Origin: a virus | Length of the DNA stretch: 40,482 bases | Virus record (IMG/VR): IMGVR_UViG_3300045988_118718 | Span: 1 to 40,482 of that record | Direction: 5' to 3' (one strand) | Shown: positions 33,947-40,482 of the stretch, one piece after another | How the letters are laid out: every line of letters begins with the position of its first letter | Numbering within the stretch: the first letter of the stretch is position 1 | The notes under the pieces: model-generated | Told to the model about the DNA's origin: nothing | Seen by the model: the letters and a program-made list of their open reading frames with translations, nothing else | Database searches by the model: none | Program-made: the position numbers and the translations under genes

Positions 33947-34519
33947 TCACCTCTTTACGTTTGCAAGCAATTCTGCTTCTATTTCGTATGGATCTCGCTG
34001 ATCTTCATAGCCACCATCCAATGACCAGTATGCTTTGAGTTCGGCCATTTCCTTACGCATTGATTCAGACATCTTGCTTAGATCCGCTGTTCGATAACTC
34101 ATGATCTTTCCAAACATGGTATCACCGGATAAACTATCAAACATGGCTTTAAATTCCCACCAATGCAGATCTGCGGTCAACAGATCGATTTGATACTGTT
34201 CCCGAAATGCTGCATAGATCCACGGCATATCCACTTCAAAGCTATAAGGCTTGTCATTCGATGTTTTAGTGGCTTTCCGAATCGGCTGACCCAGACGATA
34301 GAAAGAAAAAAGAGCGTTTTGCACGCTCTCCATATCTTCATTCAATAGATCATTATTGCCTAATAATCGTATTTGCAGATAGGTCTTGAATTCATCCGGT
34401 ATCTCATCATCCTGTAACATGGCTTCGAACTTGATCCATGTGCGAAAGTCTGTCTTGATCAGATAGTCTTTTTCACCGATTCTAATGCTTTTCGGCAGGT
34501 CTGTCCTGGTCAATACCAT
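33947..34519 (-). CDS. Gp15-like tail assembly protein
   Basis: 190 aa at the position before the tape measure. It has its own SD (GGGAG) and ATG. Confidence 0.6.
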   Translation of the reverse strand: MVLTRTDLPKSIRIGEKDYLIKTDFRTWIKFEAMLQDDEIPDEFKTYLQIRLLGNNDLLNEDMESVQNALFSFYRLGQPIRKATKTSNDKPYSFEVDMPWIYAAFREQYQIDLLTADLHWWEFKAMFDSLSGDTMFGKIMSYRTADLSKMSESMRKEMAELKAYWSLDGGYEDQRDPYEIEAELLANVKR

Positions 34520-34931
34520 ACTTGGCTCCCGCCTTCTTCATAGCATCTACAAAGCGTATCATCTGATCATTGTAAGCTTTCATGGTTTGTATCTCCTTAT
34601 CAGCTTCCGCTTGCTTTCTTTCTACTTCCGGACGTTTCAGTTCACTGATATACAGATCATTCAATTTGTTACATAGATAGTAAGGCAAAGTTGATTTTTC
34701 AGTGGCCTTGAAAATGGATTTACTCGATCCTTTACCCAATACCACATCAATCGTTTCCTTACACATATTCAGAAAGGCAGGACTAAACATATCGGTTTCT
34801 TCCTGTACTTTCTGTACAAACTCTTTCAGTGCCTGGACAGCTTTCAAATCATACAGATTGCATTTGTACTCTTTTCCACGGATTCCAAGTACACGTTCAC
34901 CGGATGTATATTCAAGATCAATTTTCTGCAT
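34482..34931 (-). CDS. tail assembly chaperone
   Basis: 149 aa between the major tail protein and the Gp15-like gene. Confidence 0.55.
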   Translation of the reverse strand: MQKIDLEYTSGERVLGIRGKEYKCNLYDLKAVQALKEFVQKVQEETDMFSPAFLNMCKETIDVVLGKGSSKSIFKATEKSTLPYYLCNKLNDLYISELKRPEVERKQAEADKEIQTMKAYNDQMIRFVDAMKKAGAKYGIDQDRPAEKH

Positions 34932-34942
34932 AAACTATCCTC

Positions 34943-35455
34943 CTAGGCTTCTTCTAAATCTTCATCTGAAGTGAAGGTCTTTGTTGTGATATCAAATACG
35001 CCTGGAATCGGCTCACCAATGCTGGCAAATGTACCTTCGGCCGTTAGCTTGCCTCCACCTTCGCCAGATCCTGGATTGGATGGCTGCACTTCATAGGTGT
35101 GCTGATAAGCACGGTATTTTCCCTGCTGACTTTCAACCTGGTTCCAAGTTTCTACTTCAACCTCTGTAAACTGCTGATTTGTTTTTCTTAATTTACCAAC
35201 CTGATATACCCAGTAACTGAATGTGTCACCTGGATATACAGATCCGCCGTATGCGATGCTTGGAGAATATCCCATCATCATACTTGTTGCGGATTTATCG
35301 CCAATGAACTGTGTACCATCTTCAACGTTTGGATTCAGCGATTCAGTCCAGTTGGTAAAACCTTTATTGGCCAGAACAAATTCTTCCTGACCTTCCCATT
35401 TCACGTAATGGAGATTGTCTTCCGTTTTCAACTCTCTGTTTGGATAAGTTGCCAT
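34943..35455 (-). CDS. major tail protein
   Basis: 170 aa, assigned by position after the neck genes, with an acidic C-terminus. Confidence 0.65.
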   Translation of the reverse strand: MATYPNRELKTEDNLHYVKWEGQEEFVLANKGFTNWTESLNPNVEDGTQFIGDKSATSMMMGYSPSIAYGGSVYPGDTFSYWVYQVGKLRKTNQQFTEVEVETWNQVESQQGKYRAYQHTYEVQPSNPGSGEGGGKLTAEGTFASIGEPIPGVFDITTKTFTSDEDLEEA

Positions 35456-35907
35456 TATTCGAATCTTCCTTTCTTTTCATAGGTTAATTTAAAACCAGCC
35501 AAGAATGTCGAAAGTTTTACACCTTCACCCTCGTAGTCGGCCGGTCTATCAGTCATTTCCAGACTGATTGGTGTTGCGTTGTCTAACTTTAAATTTGGAA
35601 ATCCTGCCAGTTCTTCCTTTTCGAACTCTTCCGCAAATCCATTGAGGATGCGTGATAGATCCAGCATAGCTTTCGTATCTCTTCGAGAGCTTTGAAAAAG
35701 CAGAGAAAAATTGAACTCTGCTTTGTAGGCACCGGAGATATACTTTTCAAGTGTTACCGGATCAGCATTTCTCTTAAAGCATAGACAAGTATTTTTTGAA
35801 TCCGGAAAGTATTCCAGATACACTGGATATACATTCTGGATCTTTTTTACATAGGCAAACAGACCATCTTCAATCTGTCGAATATCTTTCATTTCCATTT
35901 TGATCAC
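35455..35907 (-). CDS. tail terminator / tail completion protein
   Basis: Assigned by synteny (150 aa). ATGA overlaps with neighbours. Confidence 0.5.
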   Translation of the reverse strand: MIKMEMKDIRQIEDGLFAYVKKIQNVYPVYLEYFPDSKNTCLCFKRNADPVTLEKYISGAYKAEFNFSLLFQSSRRDTKAMLDLSRILNGFAEEFEKEELAGFPNLKLDNATPISLEMTDRPADYEGEGVKLSTFLAGFKLTYEKKGRFE

Positions 35908-36299
35908 CCCGTATATAGCTTTCTGACAAATTCAATCCATGACTTTAGCTTTCTTGCTTTGGTGTATTCAAACCAGTCTTTGTGTCCTCCACCGCGATAT
36001 TTGATATCACGATTCGTATATACTTTTCGCTCGTATTTTCTCGCCCACGGTCGATGCGATTTGATACCAACCATGACCTTCCCGAACCATTGGAAATGTG
36101 CATAAGGCGCATCCCAAGTCAAATAGTCACTTGTATCAGATGCGCTTCGTACTGCAGAATTTCTTAGATAATTGCTTCTGAAAGGTACATTCTGATTGGT
36201 ATCTTTCAGAATCTGCTGTTTTAGTAAGATTTTCTTTTTCTTTTGATCCTTGGTTAGTTTGGTCAAGCCGCTCAAATCTGTTGTTACATTTACGCGCAT
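35904..36299 (-). CDS. neck protein (HK97 gp10-like / minor capsid family)
   Basis: Synteny plus the …WDAPYAHFQWFGK… motif. Confidence 0.5.
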   Translation of the reverse strand: MRVNVTTDLSGLTKLTKDQKKKKILLKQQILKDTNQNVPFRSNYLRNSAVRSASDTSDYLTWDAPYAHFQWFGKVMVGIKSHRPWARKYERKVYTNRDIKYRGGGHKDWFEYTKARKLKSWIEFVRKLYTG

Positions 36300-36673
36300 G
36301 TGATCTCCAAAAACTGCGGATCCGTACCAAAAGGATCTGTCACTTTGACCTGGTTGATTGTATACTCCTGACCGTTATAAAGGATCACATCGTCTTTCCG
36401 GAAGCACACCTGGCTATCCGGATCATCATACTGATGTTCCAAGACAAGTTTCTTATTTCCTGCATCGTAATCTTTACAATCCACAATAATCAGCACTGTA
36501 TCAGTCGTGTCGACACCACGTGTACCTAAAGTCATGCCGTAGGTTCCATCAAATTTCACATGCTTAAATACAGTGTCTGAATATGTGGCTTCATTATCGA
36601 CTTCAGGTCCATAATTGCGGACCGTGATCGTATGCGGCCTAAGGAATCGGGGTGAACTCATACAAGCATGCAC
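36290..36673 (-). CDS. head closure / head-tail joining protein
   Basis: Assigned by synteny (about 125 aa). Confidence 0.5.
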   Translation of the reverse strand: MHACMSSPRFLRPHTITVRNYGPEVDNEATYSDTVFKHVKFDGTYGMTLGTRGVDTTDTVLIIVDCKDYDAGNKKLVLEHQYDDPDSQVCFRKDDVILYNGQEYTINQVKVTDPFGTDPQFLEITCA

Positions 36674-37041
36674 CCCAATCCTGTCTTAAGCAAAGCGTGA
36701 TCTAATTTGGATTTGAAAAGCGGACTTAATGGAATGCCCATGTAGTATTCCATGTTTGTTCCATCCACCGAATACGAAAAGCCACTAGTGGAAACCGAAT
36801 TGAAATTGAAATCCGACTTACCTAAGCATGCATTGATGCCACCGCAGGAAAGAAGGAAATCAATCTCATACAAAAGGATCTCTTTGTAGTCAAAGCCATA
36901 TTCATCCAACGGCTTAACACGCCAATAGGGAATATGATCCATGATGTATCCTTCCATTGTGGCTTTCGCATACGGATAGATCTCCTTGAATTCCTTTTCT
37001 TCAAATCGTCCGCCCAGCTGATCGTATTCGTCGTAGGTCAT
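36658..37041 (-). CDS. head-tail adaptor protein
   Basis: ATG 37041 has AGGAG 6 nt upstream and lies 1 nt after the capsid stop. The track start 37083 lies inside the capsid gene. Confidence 0.55.
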   Translation of the reverse strand: MTYDEYDQLGGRFEEKEFKEIYPYAKATMEGYIMDHIPYWRVKPLDEYGFDYKEILLYEIDFLLSCGGINACLGKSDFNFNSVSTSGFSYSVDGTNMEYYMGIPLSPLFKSKLDHALLKTGLGCMLV

Positions 37042-37042
37042 C

Positions 37043-38020
37043 TTATGCTCCTGTTGCCTGAATCTGAATGTTTTTGAATACACCGGCTTTCTTTGTATTC
37101 TTCAAAGCTAAACCGGCTACCATTTCAACTTCACCTTTCTTAACGGCTCCCGGCAAACTCATGTTAGGCAGATAAGTATTGATTACACTACCACCTTTCA
37201 GAGATACACCGTGTACAGCTGTTAAATCAAAGGTTGCGGCATAGATAGCAGATGTACCTGTAGCATCATCAATCTTGACACAAGGCACTGTCTTAGATCC
37301 GTCAAAGTAGTACTGCATATCTACCAAAGCGATACCATCATAAGTCGAAATAGAACGTCCAAAAGCATCTACAGATGGAGCAAACTGACCAATCTTTTTA
37401 CAAATATAATTCAGTGTCGAATACATCTTAGAATTCATCAACAAGGCTGTTGGTTTTCCGTCCATAGTGGCCAACCAGTTATCCAATGCATAGATAAAGG
37501 CTTTGTAGTTCGCATCAATCTTATCCACATCGGACAAGTCAATAGCTGCATCCGGATTATAAACTGTGGATGCACTCGTCAGTAAAGTATCCAATCCATC
37601 AAAAGATGTAGCATCTCCCTTTGCTGTGGATTTTCCATTGATAAAGTCATAATGGAATTTGTTTCGTGTAGCCAAGATTTTCTGCTGTAATTGGAAAGTA
37701 ATTTCAGACTGTGCGGCAGAATCTTCCAAAACACGGTCTACTTCAAAAGATCCACCAAAGATCTTTAGGTCCGTTGTCTTCTTAACTTTCTTAGCTTCAC
37801 CGGCGGTGTATTCTGAATTAATTGCACGCCCAGCAGCCATCGATGGAGTCTGCAACTGCAAGTATCCATAAGTCAAAGTACTTCCACCGGTTCCGGCAGA
37901 TACGGCATCATCAAATGTTAATCGGTCCAGAATGAAAGATCCTCGACGGAATTCGTCGATGACTGCCTGCTGAACCTTGTCGGCTAAACCGACCTTAGCT
38001 TCTGCTAATGTTAATGGCAT
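37043..38020 (-). CDS. major capsid protein (HK97 fold)
   Basis: 325 aa following the scaffold gene, with a strong SD (TAGGAGGAA). Confidence 0.85.
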   Translation of the reverse strand: MPLTLAEAKVGLADKVQQAVIDEFRRGSFILDRLTFDDAVSAGTGGSTLTYGYLQLQTPSMAAGRAINSEYTAGEAKKVKKTTDLKIFGGSFEVDRVLEDSAAQSEITFQLQQKILATRNKFHYDFINGKSTAKGDATSFDGLDTLLTSASTVYNPDAAIDLSDVDKIDANYKAFIYALDNWLATMDGKPTALLMNSKMYSTLNYICKKIGQFAPSVDAFGRSISTYDGIALVDMQYYFDGSKTVPCVKIDDATGTSAIYAATFDLTAVHGVSLKGGSVINTYLPNMSLPGAVKKGEVEMVAGLALKNTKKAGVFKNIQIQATGA

Positions 38021-38032
38021 AAATTATTCCTC

Positions 38033-38593
38033 CTATTGTTCTTTCGAATAAAAATCTGAGATTGCACCACCAAGAGTCAACGCTTCTCCTTCCGGTTTCT
38101 TCGTATGATCACCACCAAGATTGACATCCTGTGGCTTTGGTTCGGCCGGCTTTGCTGGTTCTGTTGGTTCAAATAAATAATCGTTTTCCTTTTTGATATT
38201 TTCCAACTGTTCTTTCAAACCTGTTACCGTACCATCCTCGTTTAATTTAATGGTCTCTGTATCGATCAGAGCCATCAGTGCTTTTTCATTACGAGGTCTT
38301 GATGCCATGATTGCAAGACGAATAGCAGCATCTTTCTTTTCAGCCGCTAAATCAGTATTGTATTTTGTTTCCCAGTTTTTCACATCGTCTTTTAGTTTCT
38401 GAACATCCACACCATCATATGATTTCACTGTTTCAGTAAGCTCCTTGATCTTGGTGTCTTTCGTGGCCAAATCGATCTTCTGATTTTCAAACTTCTGATT
38501 CCATGCAGTGACGTCATTCTGATGGAGATTCATGATCGAATCAATCTGATCTTTTGTCAGCCCTTCAATTTTTTGTAAATCTTCTCTTTTCAT
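38033..38593 (-). CDS. scaffolding protein (GP20/DUF4355-like)
   Basis: 186 aa, helical and charged, with the N-terminus MKREDLQKIEGLTKDQIDSIMNLHQNDV, upstream of the capsid gene. Confidence 0.8.
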   Translation of the reverse strand: MKREDLQKIEGLTKDQIDSIMNLHQNDVTAWNQKFENQKIDLATKDTKIKELTETVKSYDGVDVQKLKDDVKNWETKYNTDLAAEKKDAAIRLAIMASRPRNEKALMALIDTETIKLNEDGTVTGLKEQLENIKKENDYLFEPTEPAKPAEPKPQDVNLGGDHTKKPEGEALTLGGAISDFYSKEQ

Positions 38594-38686
38594 TTTTGTT
38601 CCTCCTACACTACGCTTTATTTACGTGAGTTGCGCTCACTTGTGCGGTCGCCTTTTAACGCCTTGCCCGTGGCAAAATAAAACACA

Positions 38687-38962
38687 TCATTGCTTATTCT
38701 GATAAACATCGATGTGTTCTTTAAATAAATTTTTATCTGTTGTTATAAAAAACGGCTGTAATGGCTGATTAAAAGTTAAAATTGAAAAATATATTTTACC
38801 TTCTTTTAGTACTGCTTCTAATTCATTATCATCTAAGACGATACAACCGCAGATCATACCATCTTTGAATCGATGAACAGGTAAAGTTTGATACTCTTCT
38901 TGATCTTTTGCATATTCAACATTTACTTTTACATCATCCAAAATTTCATGAGAAAAATTCAT
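38687..38962 (-). CDS. hypothetical protein in the AT-rich islet
   Basis: 91-aa ORF with a TAGGAGG SD. Confidence 0.6.
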   Translation of the reverse strand: MNFSHEILDDVKVNVEYAKDQEEYQTLPVHRFKDGMICGCIVLDDNELEAVLKEGKIYFSILTFNQPLQPFFITTDKNLFKEHIDVYQNKQ

Positions 38963-38975
38963 TAATACCTCCTAT

Positions 38976-39182
38976 TCAAAAATAAAATCTTGGCAATTTT
39001 CTCTTTGGCGGGTCTTTCACGTATACCGTCTCCTTTCTTTTCTTTCCACAAAAAATGCAGGTATGAATAATCTTTTCCACCCTGCACTTTTGTTGTGAAT
39101 CATAATAACTAGTTTTGATTTTACTGTTCCATACGTGATTACACATAAATACTCCATATTGCCCTTCACACGAAAAAAGCAC
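38976..39182 (-). CDS. small Cys/His-containing (zinc-ribbon-like) hypothetical protein
   Basis: 68 aa with CNH…C…CIFCGKK. Confidence 0.5.
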   Translation of the reverse strand: MLFSCEGQYGVFMCNHVWNSKIKTSYYDSQQKCRVEKIIHTCIFCGKKRKETVYVKDPPKRKLPRFYF

Positions 39183-39197
39183 ACTTGCTACAGTGTG

Positions 39198-39407
39198 CTA
39201 TTCTTCCCAATATCGTGCGACATGTTCAATTATTTCTTCAGCTTCTCGGCATGCCTGCGTAGGAGATAATTCGTTGTCATACAGTTCAGACACAGTAAAA
39301 TCATGCAAAGCATCTAGTATTTCTTCTTTGTCATTGGATGATGCTATTTGATCACCATTGTCCAGATGTTGCTTGATCCATTCTCTTTCATCAACACTAA
39401 ACGGCAT
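39198..39407 (-). CDS. small acidic protein (69 aa); candidate immunity or partner of the MuF C-terminal domain
   Basis: ATG 39407 lies 7 nt after AAGGAG, which forms the last codons of the MuF gene, and 5 nt after its stop. The track start 39539 lies inside the MuF gene. Confidence 0.6.
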   Translation of the reverse strand: MPFSVDEREWIKQHLDNGDQIASSNDKEEILDALHDFTVSELYDNELSPTQACREAEEIIEHVARYWEE

Positions 39408-39411
39408 GTTA

Positions 39412-40482
39412 TCACTCCTTTGGCGTAACCTGTAGTAATTCTCCTGTGTCCGGATTGATTGATACCTGGCATTTATCAGTCTTATAAGTAATAGACTTTC
39501 GCCCTTGCTTATCGACTTTAATACCTGAACTCTTACCATTCTTCAGACAATCGACAATATACTTAAACTTTACACCTTTTCTTGTTCCAGTTATCCCGGA
39601 CTTCACTGCAAAACTATCTTTAGTAATCTTCTCGTTACTCGACTTGTAATTACCAATGATTCGGTCAATAACATGAGGTGCAAATCCTGTAATAATTATA
39701 CCATCCTTTGTCTTGGTATCGACAATATCTTTCGTGATTTTATATGCTGTCTGATTATACGTTTTAAATGTTACCAAAGATGATATATCTCCATTTTCCT
39801 TTGCTTTCTCATACTTTTCCCGAACCCATTCTTGCTTTGCTTTTGCCTCTGTTCTTCCACTTACCGTTAATCTTGTCTTTGTGCTCTTAGAGGATAGATA
39901 CGCTTTCTCACGACCATAGTCACGCTTTAAAATATCCGGATGTGCATTGATCAAATCCTTGTTCTTTTTCTGCCATTCCTTGACCTTTGAGCCTTCGTAA
40001 GTCGAGTCAAGACCGGCCGCTTTCATGATCTGTTCTCTGCGTTTCCATTCACGGATCATACGTTCGTTATAGCGTTGTTTCTGCTCCAACTCATACTGCT
40101 CTTTGTTCTCACCCAAGCGATATGGCTCATATGTCTTTTCACTGACGCCCGGAATGTACGGGTAAAACTGATGGCGGCAGTTCCAACCACCAAGACCATC
40201 ACCGTGGCCATAGCGTGTGGCCTGTTCAAAGTTCTTGTAATTGCCATACTTCTTTTTACGCCAGTAGATCTTACCTTGCCATTTCGCGTGGCTTGGACGT
40301 GCGCCCATGTGGCTGGATACTTCCACAAGATTTACGTCCAAATCGTCCATGACTTGTTCCTGACAGGCACAGGCATTCTTGGTCGTGGCAGTCCTTACTG
40401 CTACTCTGACTGCACTATCCAACTGCCGATGTGCACCGCTCTTGTAATCAACCATCTGCAGACCATCTTTGGCAAGTTCCTT
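39412..40482 (-). CDS. MuF / SPP1 gp7-like head morphogenesis protein, C-terminal part including a roughly 220-aa extension
   Basis: MuF core motifs HMGARPSHAKWQGKIY and GGWNCRHQFYPY. A long Lys/Glu-rich linker is followed by a terminal domain of about 100 aa beginning …GFAPHVIDRIIG…. Confidence 0.85.
   Translation of the reverse strand, partial: KELAKDGLQMVDYKSGAHRQLDSAVRVAVRTATTKNACACQEQVMDDLDVNLVEVSSHMGARPSHAKWQGKIYWRKKKYGNYKNFEQATRYGHGDGLGGWNCRHQFYPYIPGVSEKTYEPYRLGENKEQYELEQKQRYNERMIREWKRREQIMKAAGLDSTYEGSKVKEWQKKNKDLINAHPDILKRDYGREKAYLSSKSTKTRLTVSGRTEAKAKQEWVREKYEKAKENGDISSLVTFKTYNQTAYKITKDIVDTKTKDGIIITGFAPHVIDRIIGNYKSSNEKITKDSFAVKSGITGTRKGVKFKYIVDCLKNGKSSGIKVDKQGRKSITYKTDKCQVSINPDTGELLQVTPKE
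40428..40482. repeat. 55-bp terminal direct repeat (copy of 1..55)
   Basis: Identical to the window start. Confidence 0.95.

Noticed and set aside
34482-34519. Possible G/GT-type programmed -1 frameshift between the two tail chaperone-position genes, which overlap by 38 nt.
   Set aside because: The downstream ORF is in the +1 frame, not the -1 frame, relative to the upstream one. I saw no X_XXY_YYZ heptamer. The downstream ORF has its own GGGAG SD and ATG. Independent initiation is the simpler reading.
38594-38686. A relatively GC-rich intergenic stretch upstream of the scaffold gene with small hairpins (TTGCC-ACG-GGCAA, GTGAG-CGCAA-CTCAC), considered as a possible sRNA or terminator.
   Set aside because: The stems are only 5 bp and lack a U-tract. 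There is no repeat or conserved partner elsewhere in the window. The evidence is insufficient.
1-40482. CRISPR arrays, rRNA genes, toxin-antitoxin pairs of known type, methyltransferases and anti-CRISPR/Aca-type operons.
   Set aside because: I saw no regularly spaced direct repeats, no rRNA-like sequence and no recognisable motifs for these families on either strand.

Overview
The window is a complete, circularly closed genome of about 40.4 kb. Bases 1..55 are identical to 40428..40482. It is a temperate siphovirus-type phage with Firmicutes-style signals: AGGAGG Shine-Dalgarno sites, an ImmR/ImmA switch and CW_7 endolysin repeats. Almost all genes are on the minus strand. Packaging and head genes: terS, terL, an SPP1-like portal, a 520-aa MuF/gp7-like protein that wraps across the window ends, scaffold and major capsid. 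Tail genes: neck and tail proteins, a 1124-aa tape measure, Dit, a Tal-like protein and several fibre/baseplate proteins. Lysis genes: holins, an amidase_2 + 3x CW_7 endolysin and a CHAP protein. Then attP. The plus-strand lysogeny module has a tyrosine integrase, an unknown 280-aa gene, ImmA and a cI/ImmR-like repressor facing a Cro-like gene. The minus-strand replication/recombination module has an SMC-like ATPase, a Sak4-like ATPase, DUF669, an SF2 helicase, a ParB-like protein, a primase-helicase, an iteron cluster and RusA. The most unusual locus is 23.0-25.1 kb. It holds five tandem paralogous small ORFs that look like detached receptor-binding head domains, all sharing the N-terminus MLVDRYGN. 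They are organised behind two homologous structured leaders. Each leader carries a G9 tract (C9 on the plus strand) and two hairpins with compensatory changes. Other notable points: a MuF protein with a roughly 220-aa C-terminal effector-like extension, followed by a small acidic candidate immunity ORF in an AT-rich islet; an IS1595-like element with an 8-bp TSD that cleanly splits a plus-strand accessory gene; and a candidate defence gene between ImmA and the integrase. I recognised no rRNA, intact tRNA or CRISPR array.
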